Positions 47,478 to 60,977 of a stretch of 64,000 bases of DNA are shown piece after piece. Under the pieces are notes generated by a model. That model was not told the DNA's origin. It ran no database searches and saw nothing but the letters and a program-made list of their open reading frames with translations. A program made the translations under genes and the position numbers. Position 1 is the stretch's first letter; the number at the start of each line of letters is the position of its first letter. The stretch is from assembly GCA_001643675.2 (NCBI GenBank), contig LSRY02000009.1, positions 806,001 to 870,000 on the forward strand, given 5' to 3'. This DNA is from Monocercomonoides exilis PA203. Taxonomy: Eukaryota; Protista; Preaxostyla.

Positions 47478-49029
47478 TATGTATGCTTTGTCATCCAGAC
47501 TTAATTCGGATTCATCTTCGTTTTCAATTTCATCTTTTTCTTCCATTTCTTCTTTTTTTCCAATAGACTTTCATCCCAATTTCATCTTCGAAAGAAATTT
47601 TGAGAGTGTTTTTTGCTATATCAAAAGCTGAATAATCTCTTAGATATCTTTCTCTAATCACGTGTGTGTGGAAAACCGCTCTTAAAAGCGACCACGTTCC
47701 TTCAATGGTATCTGTGGAAGTACCAGAAGGAGATCCACAAATTGCGTTTTGTGGCACACTGTCCTATCAATGAAGCTAATTGTCCGCAAAGAAGAAGATG
47801 CCTTCCACTCGTCACTCATTATTGTTATTTCCGGAAGAATGTGAGATTTTGAAACAGGAATGAGAATGTTTGCTGAACGATATGAAACAACAAAAATGCA
47901 CTGCTTTTAAAATTTTGAAGAGTTGTTCGTTCTTTCTTTTTCTCCAAAGATTCATGTTTGCTTTTTTCTTCTTACACTTTTATAATTTCTCCCTCTCCAT
48001 ATGCGTTTATCAAACTCCACTATCTTTCTTTCCTTGCCCAACACAATAAAATCATTGTTTATTTGATCAGCACAGGCACATCTCAATACACTGGACCAAT
48101 AACTCACAACCGCATAATGAACTCCTATCATTTTGTGAAAATGCTTTGTTGAAACTCCAATCTTCAACAGAAATATGACCAATTATAATTTTCCTTTTCC
48201 AATCTTCGATATTGTTGATGTTCTATTTTTGAACAACGATCTTTTTTCTCCAAACTTTCTGAATGTTCAATTGTAAAAATTCTCTCCATCATTTTCCATT
48301 TTCAACTCTTTACGGTGAATTCTGCACTGTGGATGCATTTCTCTCATAACTCTTTTGAAAGACCAATCCAAAGCTCGATCTTCGTTTATAAACGTGGTTA
48401 ACTCGTCAAAGACTGAATAATTTTTCCTCTCAGGAACCGCCATTTCACGAAAACATTTGTTGATCAAACCAATTTTTTGAATAATTGTTCCATTTTTTGA
48501 TTTTTCTCAATCAATTAAATATGTCACCAAACTTCGAAACAAAAAAATAAAAACATTGTGAATGTGATGAAAGGATGTGAAATGAAAAATACAAATTTTT
48601 AGTACGTCCGATTTTTTTATAACGTTTTGAAGAAAAAATTTTTAAAAAAATTTACATTATTTTTATTTCAGACATATTATTTTCTGAATCACAAAAAATC
48701 GATTAAAAAAATCATATAAGAAAAACCATCGTCAAAAATCAATAATTTTTGTCATTAAAAACTTGTCTTTCATCAAATACTTGTCAATAAACGCAACCTT
48801 CAAATTTTTGACCCTGTAGTCAGAGTCTTTAACCGGGTCAGTGATCTATTCTTGTTATTTTAATTTTTTTATTGTTTTTGTTGCTTTATCGACAAATTGC
48901 GATTCCCTGAATGATGAAAACCTGGATTGAAAATATGAAATTGTTCAAAAAATAATTTTTCCATAGAAAAAGAATAAAGATCAGTTTGGTAATAGAAAAA
49001 ACAGATTATTTCAATAAGGTCAATAATAA

Positions 49030-50400
49030 TCAGATGCCCGATATATTGCTCCGAAAGTGGACCCCTCTGGTGCTCTTGCAGGCTGTTCTTCGCTTTCTGC
49101 TCATTCCGTTGGATTTTCCATTAGCTGTTTCATAATCAGCGATCGATCAACCAGCCGCTGAGCACTGACATTCCATGAAGCAACAATTGTTTCTGGATAT
49201 CCTGCTGAAGACAAACAATTTCTCAAAATTGAAAAGAATGCTTCCCTTTTCGATAAAGAAGATGCAGTTTTTCAACATTCCTTTGCTTTAATCAAAATTT
49301 TCTTCATATTGGCTAACCAAAATTGGTCATTGGGTTGAAGGTGTGAGAAGTGTGAGAAGACAATTTTATCATATCGATTAAAGTGTCTCTACACAATCTT
49401 TTAACTTCTTCAACAAAATGACCGACTACACCATCCATCACAAGAGTAATATGCATTAATTGTTCTCATATTGCTATTCTTTTCTTCAATATATCCGAGA
49501 GAAGTGCTATCTTGAAATAATCCACAAACAAGGTTTTTGTAATGTGATCAGTTACTGAAGAAAAACAATTTTCTTGAGATGTTGTTGAGAATAGATATTC
49601 TTTCGGAAGGAATGAATGTGGAATAATAATTATTGACAGAAAACTGCAGCTATCAGAATTGGTCTTAAATGCCATTTATGTGGATTGGTGACGAGAAGTT
49701 TCAAGCACAAATAGAATAGGTGTTGTTTGTGAAGACGAAAAATTATTAGCTCTAAGTGAAAAGAAATATGTTGATGTTTCACATTTATTTCAAAAAAGTC
49801 AAGGCATTGGATTTTCTTCTCCAATATACTTTGAATAAGAATAAAAAAAAGAACATTCACTTTTCTTTATGAATGAGCAATTCTGCCTTCCGGAAGTTCA
49901 TGTTGTTTCGAGAGCTGTTTTCTTTTTTTCTTTTTCTTTTTCTTTTTTTTTGGACGTTGTTGAAAGAAACGCTTTGCTCAATGTTTATTAACCTTCTTCA
50001 CTTCTTCATCTTCTTTTTGCTTCTGAATAAGAAATTCATTTGCTTATATTTATTTTTTATTTTGTTAACATAACAAAAAAAATGTTCACACACCATTTTC
50101 TCCATGTCTGAAACTGTTGGATATTTTCTTGTACCAAAATTTAATAAAATCATATCTTCCATTTTTTCCTATCAGTCATATGAAAATAACGTTGATTTCA
50201 CCTTTTTGCTGATTAATCAACTTGCGTTTCTTGACTCAAGAGCTCGTTGCAAAGATGATCGATGAAGTTATCCACACTTATCAATTTGATGCTGAAAATA
50301 GTCCAAAATATCATGAACAAACAAAGCATTGATGTGGTCGTTTTCCAACGACCTAATATCATTTGTTGCAACAATCCTATGAAGGGTTATTTTTTCTTTA
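49030..50400 (-). mobile_element. pogo/Fot1/Tigger-type (DDE_1) transposase pseudogene
   Basis: LITLVMDGVVGH, KLSSHTSH/LQPND (LPPHTSHxLQPLD-like), NKCETS (NxDET-like); many stops; ends uncertain. Confidence 0.7.
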
Positions 50401-50954
50401 CGCATTATAATCTAAACATCTGCCTCATATGTCTTCTGACGTGAACATTTTAGAAGTGATGTGACGTGACAGAGAAAAATTTTTATTCACTTATTTATAA
50501 AATTCTTCTTTTTCAAGAAACAAAAATTACAAAAATAAATTGATGTGTATTAAGAATTTTTGAATCATTATTAAAAAGGTCATTATAATTATGATTATTA
50601 TTTTCTTTCATGCTCATTTTCAATTTTTAATTGAACAATGGGTTGTGCCGCAATCGTTTTTTTGTTGCATAAATACCACTGCACTCACGTCACTGCCTGT
50701 CACTGGAGTTATAAAAATCAATTGTCCATTTTTCTAAAATTTGTGTTTTTTCAGGTGCAAAAAATTCTTTAATAAAGTTTTTAACTTCTCAAAGTCAAAT
50801 AATTTAAATATGAATTTAACTTTCATGGTTTTTGTTTTTCTTTTATTTTTTTCTGACTCATTAGGATTATTAGAGCTTGTTTTACACAAAAAGCTGTTAC
50901 AAACTGATGAGATGCTTATTAAAACATAAACTGTTGTTGGAGATTAGAGTCTAA

Positions 50955-52260
50955 ATGTTTGAAGCGAATGGCTGTTCGGTTGAAGGTGGAGTTTTCATCT
51001 ATTTCAGCGGGGGGCATGATAGAGTTGCGGACGTGTGGCGCTCTGGCAGTGACAGTGGAGAATCTGGACAGCGAAGCGGAGAAGGCGTATCATGTGAAAT
51101 GATATCCTGTGATATTTGCAAATTATATCTGTATTCCAAGAAAGCCGAGGAAGCTGATGTTGGTAGTTGAGGAGTGCGTTATGAGGGGAGACAGAACAGA
51201 GAAAGAGCGAGCCGTGTGCGATCCGGTGCTGAGAGTGCGCGTGAAGGGGAAGAGTGCAGGGTGCAACAGGTGAGTCCTTTCTTCCGGAGCAGAGCTGTTT
51301 GATAGGTCAGTGGGGGGAAGATGCATCTATTGTTCGTGTGAAGGGAACTGTGCAGTGCTGTCTGCACTTCCTAATATCTTTGTATGAGGCCAATAGAGAA
51401 GAACGGATTATGACACACTGATTTGATAAAACAACGGAGATCACCGAGCGACTGGGGAATGGGAGGAACGGGAGTGAGGCGATTGAGAAGAACGTGGAAG
51501 AAGAGGATGTGGTGGAGCTTGCGGTGCATTTGAGAGAGGAGTTGGCTGTGGAGGAGCGGGGATGAGGAAAAGGTGAAGAAGGGATTACAGGGGAGATGGA
51601 AGAGGAAGGAGGAAAGTTTAACGTGACAGCAGCTGTTATGACGGAGGGGGGAAATGAAGGGGCAAGAAGTAACAGATCTGCTTGAGCTGTGTTGGTAGCC
51701 AATCATGCTGAATATTGGGGTGAGTGCAGTGGGTGTGATTGTGGTGGTGATGAATCCAGTGTGTGGTGTGCGGCTGCTGGAGTCTGGAGAAAACGTACTG
51801 TGGGTAAACAGAGAGAATTAGGATTCGGAGTCTTTGTGGATGCTGTGGTTCGGGGAAGAGGGAGCAGAGGGAGGGGTGCTGCTGAGTTCTCAGGTGTTGA
51901 ACAAGGAGGAAGCAGTGACAGAGCGGAAGATCAAAGCGGAGAGAGAATGTATTGAAGGCAGAGATGGAGAAGAAAGTGGTGAGGAAGCAAAGGAGATTCA
52001 AGATGACAAAGAAAGAAAAATGGAAGGAGAAAGAAAAGGTGATGAAATTAATTAAAGCACTGAGAAAGAAGGAAGAGTGGAGGATGAGAAGAGGGAGAGG
52101 ATAAAAAGTCAGAAGAGAGAGGAGAAAGAGACGGAAGGGGGAGGAAAGGAGAAGTTAAAAAAAAAGTGGATGATAAAGTTGGGGAAGCTGAAGTTGAAGT
52201 GGAAGATGAAGAGGAAGGAGAGGAAGAAGCAGAGTGAAAATAGTAAAGAAATCTGCTGTG
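50955..52260 (+). pseudogene. GC-richer decayed membrane/surface protein fragment
   Basis: GGVFIY and GSDSGESG motifs, hydrophobic IGVSAVGVIVVVM segment then charged tail; many stops. Confidence 0.5.
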
Positions 52261-52450
52261 TCTGTGATTTTTTAATTTTATATATTTAGAAAAAAACAGT
52301 TTTTATTCATTCTCATGGATAATAATTCTCTCGATTCTTTTGTTTTCATAACAAAATATTAAATTAACTTTCTTTAGTTAAATAATACAATTGTTTATAA
52401 AAAAGAACAAATATTGTTTTGTTTATATTATGAAAAAACATTATTGAAAT

Positions 52451-52690
52451 GGGTGATTCTTTCTGAAAAGTCACAAATGTTTGATTTTCTAATACTTCAA
52501 AAATTTCAGATCTTGCTCAAATTTCTGTTTCAGCTCACAAATCTCCTCAAGAATGTTTAAAATAACATTATCAAGTGATAGATTCCATTTAAGTGAAGTT
52601 TGATATTAGTTCACAAAATATTTAGCAAAATATGAAATTTTTGAAGTATTAGAAAATTACACATTTGTGACTTTTTTAAAAGAATCACCC
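52451..52690. mobile_element. MITE family A (240 bp, ~98-bp TIRs), copy 1, TSD AAAT
   Basis: aaat|GGGTGATTCT...AGAATCACCC|aaat. Confidence 0.9.
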
Positions 52691-53307
52691 AAATCATGAA
52701 AATTGCATCAAATATAGAAGAGACTTGTTCACCATATAAAATCACGAAAACTTTTTGCTTTTTAAAATGAATTTTTGTTTCTATTTGAAACAGAAAATCA
52801 ATCTTCAAAAACGTTAACAAATAAATGGTTGAAACAAGTTGAATATTAGATGTGCATGATGTGAATTTTCTCAAATAGGAAAAATGAAATTGAAATGATT
52901 AAATATTTAAATAAGGTTTGCTGATGGTGATTGTTATTTTAAATTTATTTTGATATATTTTTAAATATGGATGAAAATTTTTGGAATCATAACTTTTTTC
53001 AGGGTATCGATTTACAAATGTTGTTTGCCGCAGTGAAGAGACTTTGTGTTTGAATTGAAAAATTATCACAACTTATATCAAAACAAATGCAAAAGCTGAA
53101 ATGAAGATGAAGATGCTTTCAAATTGATCTTTTCAATTTTCTCTCTACTTTTTTTGACGTTTAACAGAAATTTTCGGAACGATATTATTGAAAGAAGAAT
53201 TATGATATCAAAAATAATCACTCTAATTGAAAATCTTAGATTTGGAATGAATTATTATTTGAAAATACACCTCTGTGACCTGACAAATCACTTGAAGCCT
53301 CATCTGT

Positions 53308-53331
53308 CACACACACACACACACACACACG

Positions 53332-53417
<86 letters not shown>

Positions 53418-53420
53418 AGA
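53308..53420. repeat. Compound (CA)n-(A)n-(GA)n microsatellite
   Basis: Read directly. Confidence 0.9.
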
Positions 53421-53845
53421 GGGATTGTTAAAGAATAACTCAGAAATTATTGATCAATGAACTATGTGTGTATTTCATTTGAAGTCGCAAATTTCAAATA
53501 TGTTTTTGTTCACAATTCTGAGAGAAACGATAAAGAAGAAAAAGAGATAACGAACTGTCACAAAATGCTATTGATGTTGAATTGCTAAATGATTCATTCT
53601 CGTTATCCTCATCTCTCCGTGTTGTGAATCAAGTACAAAATGTTACAAAAAGTTGTGAAAGGCAAGTTCTTGACAAACATATTAATTCCGTTTCCGTTTT
53701 CAAACCTAATCAGCCAAATAAAGATAAAGAGGAAATTACATCAAAAGCCTCACCCAACTCGAAAAAACGAAAAACATGATTGAAATTGAAAGAACAATTA
53801 CCGATATGAATCGGAAAAAGCATTAACAAAAAATGAAAAACATAT

Positions 53846-54113
53846 GGGTCAAAATATTTGATTTCAGGGATTTTCATTGAAAAATTATGCACTTTTGACA
53901 ATCTTTTTGAGAACAAAAAATTTTTTTGAAATGGGTTCATTTTTTGACATTAATGGAACGTCATAAAACATTTCGTGAAAACATCTATGATGGCGATATG
54001 CAGATAAGAAAAACCAATTTATTTTGAAAACTGAGAAAGCGAAAAAAAGTTATGAGTGAAACAATTTTATTGTGTTTTGTGCATAAAAAGCTTAAAAGTC
54101 CATATTTTCCCCC
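53846..54113 (-). mobile_element. MITE family B (268 bp), copy 2, TSD ATAT
   Basis: atat|GGGTCAAAATATT...CATATTTTCCCCC|atat. Confidence 0.85.
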
Positions 54114-54120
54114 ATATAAT

Positions 54121-54388
54121 GGGGGAAAATTCGAACTTACAAGCTATTTTTGCTCAAGGATTTGAATAATTGCTTCACTCATAACTTTATTTAACTTTCT
54201 CAGATTTCAAAAAAATCTGATTTCCATGTCCGGAAACAGGCATTTTTGAAATCAAAACATAAAGATTCTTGACATTTCACGAATATTAAAAAATGGACAT
54301 ATTTCTATTGTGTTTTTTGATTAAAAAAAAATCAATGAAAAATTCATGATTTTTCAATGAAAATGCCTGAAGTGAACAATTTTTCCCC
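54121..54388 (+). mobile_element. MITE family B (268 bp), copy 3, TSD not clean
   Basis: GGGGGAAAAT...AATTTTTCCCC; same length and colinear with copy 1; flanks taat/gtat. Confidence 0.8.
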
Positions 54389-56080
54389 GTATAGATATCG
54401 ATTCACTTGAGGAAAGAAGAAATAATGAAATTAAAAAAAAATACAATCAGTTGAAGTTGATATTAATGAATCAGAAGAAGAGGAATCATATGGATTCATA
54501 TTTGATTTCATGATAAAAAAACACAGAATGAATTCTTGCACCTAACAATAAACACGTTGATTCAACTTGGAAATCTTGTTCGCTCACGCATAGTTAAAAC
54601 ACTCGAAAGAGTTCCCAATAGAACATTAACACCACACTATCAGTTCATTGTTTTTTTTGAAATGGATATCAAACTCTGACATACTAATAAAGATTGCATC
54701 TTCTTTGAAAATAACAGAAATTATTTCTTGTCAAGCCATAACAGAACAATGACCGATTCTTCTTGATGTGTTGGAAAGAAGATTTTCATCTCCTCCTCTT
54801 CCTCCTCTTCCAGCTCCTGGTCCTTTTTCATATGTAGTACTCCTTGTCGACGCTACAACAGTGAAGGTTGCAACTCCTGTTATTGATTACGAAGATAAGA
54901 AGAAGCTATTCGAAGGTCATCATTGTTCTTATTGAATGAAATTTGAAGTTACGGTCAGTTCATGGAATCCGCACAAAGCCTTGTTTGTGTCGGATGCCGT
55001 AGAAGGAGGAGTTCATGATATTGAGTTGTTTCAGAATGGTGTTGAAAGATACATGAATTATCTTAAAAAAAAACCTTAAAAACTTCTTCAATTCATCGAG
55101 AAAGTTGAAAAGTTAAGCAGTTTAATAATTGTAAATAATTGATATCATAATCTATTCTCTTATATCGATTTGTTAACACATGAAAAAAGAAGTAGAAGTT
55201 AAAGAAAAAAAATTTTTACAATATTTTTATATCTATAACTTTAAAAAAACATTTTCCATAATATACAGTTAAAAAAAGCATTTAATTGGATAAAGAAATT
55301 ATTCGAAAATATTAATTGAACGTCAAAAAATATTGACAACACATATCATTCATGTATTAATAACAAATGTTTTCTAAACTTAATAGACGAATATTTAAAC
55401 ATTCCTGAATCAACCGCACTGTACAAAACTAAAAAACACATTATTTTTTATACCTTTAATTGATAAATTGTAAAGTCTAGATATAATACAAATATTGCCT
55501 ATCAAAGTGTGTAATTTTTTTTAATTGAATAATATTTTATTAATTTTTGTTGTTTTGTTTGTTTGATAATTTTTGTGCAAAAGTTGTTGTAATTTTTGAA
55601 AATAAATTTTTCAAGAACATTTTTGATTGTTAAATATTTTTTTTTATTCCTTCTAAAAAAATGTTTTTGTTTAACTGTTATGAATGAAAAATATCTATTT
55701 TTAAAAAATATATCAAATTTTATTGAATAGATTTATCAATTTTTAACTTTTTGTTTGAAGATGAAATGAAATGGAAAATTTTTATAATTTTTTATATAAG
55801 TTATTGAAATGTTGAAAAAGGATTTATGTTATATTGTGTGAAAAATTTTATTTGATTTAACAGAAAAGTTAGAAATGTGATTGTGGTGAAAATAATTTTG
55901 TTGAAACTGAATTTTTTTTTAAGGCAATTTTTGCTTTTCCTTGCAATCAAAAATGCAAATATCTTCATCATTCATCAAGGTTGCAATGATATTATAAAAA
56001 TGTTCGAGTTGCTAATTTGATATTCTTTTGTGAAGAAGGAGATATTGAAATTCCATTATCTCCTTTTGGTGAAATGGATG

Positions 56081-56123
<43 letters not shown>

Positions 56124-56129
56124 TTTTTT

Positions 56130-56301
56130 TTTTTTCATTCGTGAAATGTTAGATATTTTTGTGTTTCAATTACAACGATGATTGTTTGTGGATAAGAAAA
56201 TCAAATTCATTTTGAAATCTGAGAAAGAGATATAAAGTTATGAGTGAAACAATTTTTTCATGCTTTGCACAGAAAAAGCTTGAAAGTCCATATTTTCCCC
56301 C
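56130..56301 (-). mobile_element. MITE family B, copy 4 (partial, truncated at a poly-T tract)
   Basis: aagttatgagtgaaacaatttt...aaagtccatattttccccc matches the end of copy 2. Confidence 0.75.
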
Positions 56302-57420
56302 ACTTCGAAAATCCTTTGATATCAGTAAGTGATCGTTGTGGCTTGTAACTTACTCCTGATGACTGAATTTTGTTTTCTTTTCTTTCAAAAAATAAATAAT
56401 CTTTCATATGTCTGACACTTGAAGAAGTCCAAATATCTGTTTCTTTTGGCTTATATTCTGCAAAAAAATGATTCAGATTAATGAATTGTTTTCCTGTTTG
56501 TGAAGAAGTTGACGTGTTATTTGAATAAAAGAAGTTGTTGTTTTTTGAATAACAATTTTCAACATGTGAATCAGAGTCAAGTTGTTGGACAAAAAAGGTT
56601 ACAAATTGGTTAATTGAATCAATGCTTTAATCCTCCAAATTTTTATTTAACGTGTTAACAAACAAACCAAATTCAGAATCGAACGCATTCTTCCCATGGT
56701 GCTCTGCGAAATAGTTGATTTCAGTTGTTATTTTGCTGAATAGACGAGAATAAGGGGATGAAATGAAATGAAGAAGACACCTATTGGGGTTGTGAGGTCC
56801 TGTATCACAAAAGAACTTGAATGTTTTGCGTCTGTGAAAAGTTGACTTCTTTAAACGGATTGAAGACAATCAATCACAAATCGAAAATCTTTTTCAAAAC
56901 AAGAAGAAAATAAGTTTATTGTTTTATTCTATGTTTTTCCGTTTTCGATTAGGAAGTTGATAAATGAAAGTTGAGATTGTTGCTGATTATCATAGAATAC
57001 ATGTTGAAGTTAATTGGAGCGAAGTGGAAGTTTCCATTTTTCCTTGAAATATAAAACACACACAACCTCATTTTTCTTGATATTATTTATCGAATCATTG
57101 AATTATTTCCTTTACCATTCAGCAATCACTTTGTGTTTGTGATGTTAATGCAGAGTTCAAATACTCTTGTTGAGAGGTCTTTGATTTTTGATTAGAAGAT
57201 TTCATTTTTTTTTTCCAGAACATCCAATTATGCACACAACCGACACATGCCTGTTCTTATTTCAGATCAGAAAAAATGAACAGTCAATCTATTAAAATAT
57301 AACAATGAAAAAGAAATGTTTATCTCATTTCTGAATCTTTCCACAGTTGCGTTCTGGGTTAAAATATCAGCCGTTTTTTATTCCCAAAAGAATATTTTGA
57401 AGTTTCTTTGATTTTTTCTT
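56302..57420 (-). mobile_element. Sola2-like DDD transposase pseudogene (N-terminal region may extend to ~58500)
   Basis: RTGMCRLC, VVCVLYFKEKW (DFKEN-like), FFCDTGPH, INYFAEHHGKNAFDSEFG (FFxxxHGKxxxD). Confidence 0.6.
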
Positions 57421-57972
57421 TAAAAAGAATAATCAGAGAATGAAGGCATTGATGAAGAGGAATGTTCTGTGTGAAATGTTATATTGTTGTTATTTTTCGA
57501 GTTTGAATACGAGTTGTTATTATTCTCTTCAAAAACAGTGATTATCTGAGATTGTTTTTTCTGATGTGAAAAAGAAGATTTATGGATGTGAAATGCTAAA
57601 AATGAAATGTTGAGAGAACAATTTGCTGCTGTTGAACTTAACGCCTTTTGCGATAAAAAGTGAAAGTCTTTGCTAAATGTTTTGGTGAACATTACAGAAG
57701 AATGATCATTTGAAATGTTTGATGAGAAAATGTTTGCAGTGCTATTTGTTTTCGAAGAGTTGTCAGAAATTGAATTGGTAAAATATTTGCTGTGATGAAC
57801 CCATTGTTATGACAATTGTTGAAGATTTCATAATATTTTATTGTGGATAAGGGAAAAAAAAATCCATTATCATTTATAGAGAATGTGCTTGTCTTGATAA
57901 TTGTTTCACTGTGAAGATGATTATTATGAAAACAATTTTGTTTTTCTTCACTCAAGAATTAATTTTGCATAT

Positions 57973-58212
57973 GGGTAATTATTTTTGAAATGTCGCAAAT
58001 GTTTAATTTTCAAATAAATCAAAAATTACATATCTTGATCATATTTCTGTTCCCGCTCATGCAACTTCACAGGAATGTGTAAAATAGCATTGTCAAATTA
58101 TATCCTCCGCTTTGGTGAAGTTGCATGAGCGGGAACAGAAATTTGATCAAGATATGAAATTTTTGATTTATTTGAAAATTAAACATTTGCGACTTTTCAA
58201 AAATAATTACCC
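57973..58212. mobile_element. MITE family A (240 bp), copy 2, TSD ATAT
   Basis: atat|GGGTAATTAT...ATAATTACCC|atat; 98-bp TIRs with 3 mismatches. Confidence 0.95.
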
Positions 58213-59526
58213 ATATGATGAAAATTGACGAGATTTCACTGTGAATCTGATTCATCAGTGAAATGATTAGATTTTTCTTTTGAATCATCTTCAGAAAAAA
58301 GACTTATTCCATCTGCAATTGTTGGTGATTATTAATCCAAAGTGGAATTCGGAGATGCGAGATGAAGTGGACAAGTTGAATTGACAGGAGAAAAGATGAA
58401 AGATGAAGCTGACATGAAAGATAAAGTGTCAAGAATGGATTCAGCCGTTGAATTCGGTTTATTTTGATAATCCAAACTGGATATTTTTTCATTATTATTT
58501 AGTGACAATCCGATATGACCATTTTTTCCTTTCTTATTTTTCTATATTGAATTGAGTGACGTTGTTTTTTCATGAAGAGAAAATGAAGAAAAAATAATTG
58601 ATGGATATGGGTTCGTTTCAGGAGAAGATGTGGAAATGACTTCAAGAAGCGATTACATCAATTATTCTCACAAATTGGAAACCAATGGATAAGACAAAAG
58701 AGAAGAATAAAAAAGAGTTTAAGTCACAGAGAAAAAACAATGTTGAATTAATTGAGTGTCAGACTTAAAGCAGCTTTGAAATTAAGCAGATCAACATTTT
58801 CAAGCAACTTTTGATTGCTCTTTGCAGTACTTATTCCTGTTCGAATCAGAAAAAGCTTGGGCAGAAAAGGCTATAAAGAGGGAATCAGATTCAATAATTT
58901 ATCAGAAGATGGGAGATATTAGTGATCAATGGAAAGAAAAAAAAAGCAGAGCTCCGGAAAAACTTCACGCACAAAAAGAGCGTCAGAGATAAGTGCTCTT
59001 TGAGTTGCAGATGATTAGTTGTTGGTTTTTTAAATTCAGGAATCATAAAAATAAAAAGTTTCACTTTTCCACAAAACTGCCTTTTCCGCTTCTTGCGAAG
59101 AATCGCATTTCAATCAGAACAATATACCCTCCTCCTCCCTTCTGTTTGATGAAAATGTCTGCTCGTTGCTGTAAATGAAGATCGTTTCTAAAGTTGATGA
59201 AACCACCAAATTCAAAATTGAGTTGAGTTTTTCGAGAGAGAGAAATATTCAGGAAAATATTGGTTGAAATATATTTTTTGCACTTTTTCTGTTTCCAGAT
59301 TGTGATACATAGGTTTGCTCCATTTGTTTAATGTTTGTCTCGAAAATTGAATCGAAAAAAAAGATGAACCGCATTCTTTAAGTTTGGATGAAAGTGCAAA
59401 GGCAGAAGAAGATGAAGAAAATGAAGTGAATATCTCTCCAAAATGGATACAAGGGAATATTTTAATTTTCTTGATAAGAAGTCCTGATATTGTGTTTGAA
59501 GTTGTTGGATCCGAAGAGAAGAATCT

Positions 59527-60943
59527 GGATAATTCTTTTTGAAAAGTCGCAAATGTCTTATTTTCAAATAATGTTTAATCTTCATATTTTGCACAAATAT
59601 TTTTTCTTGTTCACGTTACTTCACTTGAATGAATGAAATATTATGACATCGTTTTATGTCCAACACATATTTTATGTATTCGTTAACCATTCAAAAAAAG
59701 CAGTCAACATTTCATTTTCTAATGATCATTTCATTAATTGTTCAATAAACAAAACAGTTATCAAACATTGAGAAAAATTCTATTTTTATCATCGAAAAAA
59801 TGACATTACAAAGATTATTGTGTAAATAAAGGTTCGCTAAGTTTCGTGACAAAAAATTAAAAATGAAAAATACGAAGATTAAAGGTTAGTAAATCCGTAT
59901 TATTTCACATTCATTGAATTCAGAATGCCAAGATTACTATCACTGAAAAAACAGCTGGAAATCAAAAGGCTTCATGCAAAAGGATTCTGTAGAAATTCTA
60001 TCGTGAGAATAACAAAAACATTGAGAGAATAAGTCTCAAAATACATTAACACAATAACACTTATCACACAAAGAATATTCAGGTGCAAACCTGGGCGTCC
60101 AACATTTCTTACAAGAAAAAACAGATACATTGCAAAGAAAGCACTGAAAGAAAAATTGATACACAGGGCAAGAGATATCCCAAAGGTGACAGGAATCTAT
60201 TGCGGTCTTTCCACAGCACGATTACTGTTGCACAATGTTCTGTCCAAATACACACTATGAAAAAAGAAACCATATGAATCGAATTTTTCGAAACAACAAA
60301 GAAAGGTCTTTGCAGAGTACCATTTGAGAGACGATGACAAATGGAATCATCCCTGTTTCGTGGATGAAAAAAAATTCAACCTTGATGGACAAGATAGAAG
60401 AAGGATGACATGGATTCCATTGAATGATCCTATTTCCTTCGATCATCAATGTCAGAAACCTCTAGAAAAACTTACGGGATGGTGTGCTGTTGGTTTGGAT
60501 TTCAAAAGTGATTTATTTATATTAGAAAATACGATCAATTCAATTGATAATGTTTTTGTTTTGAAGCACACTCTGAAACCGCAAGATGATACCTAGCGGT
60601 CATTTTTCTGGAGATTCGTTCATGATAATGCCTATATCCATAAATCAAAGCTCGTAAAAAAAACTGTGAAGACAATCGAATTCACACTGTTCCGTGGCTA
60701 CCATACTCTCCGGATCTTCATCCTACTGAAAATGTGTGGAAAATGCAAAGCGATAGATTTTATGAAGATGGAGCTCAAAAAACATCCCTAACAATTTTTA
60801 AAGAGAGTTTCACATCAGATTGGAAAAAATACCTCAATTCATAATTAATTACACAATTATGTCAATGAATGATAGATTGTCTGATGTCATTGAAGCTAAA
60901 GGAAGTTACACGAAGTGCGAAATTATTGTTCAAAGTTTTTGAT

Positions 60944-60977
<34 letters not shown>

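Larger units (their letters stand above)
46244..48443 (-). mobile_element. Merlin / IS1595-like (ISXO2) DDE transposase pseudogene, interrupted by a foldback element
   Basis: Motifs LGKERKIVEFD, IFGEKER, IMSDEWKA, VCHKTQFVD, GTSTDTIEGTW; stops and frameshifts; acidic tail resumes at 46350-46244. Confidence 0.85.
53560..55080 (+). mobile_element. PIF/Harbinger (ISL2EU/IS5-like, DDE_Tnp_4) transposase pseudogene, 3'-truncated, probably interrupted by two MITE-B copies
   Basis: LLVDATTVKVATP...KKLFEGHHCSY*MKFEVTVS...LFVSDAVEGGVHDIELF at ~54835-55035 matches the DGT...P / YSGxKxxH / GSxHD pattern; 5' limit uncertain. Confidence 0.7.

Noticed and set aside
46068-48612. ATCGGAC(A/G)TA inverted match as Merlin TIRs
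   Set aside because: Only ~10 bp and no 8-bp TSD.
48795-50710. ACCCTG|TA at 48816 and CAGTGA/TCACTG as pogo element ends
   Set aside because: No convincing partner TIR or TA duplication found by eye.
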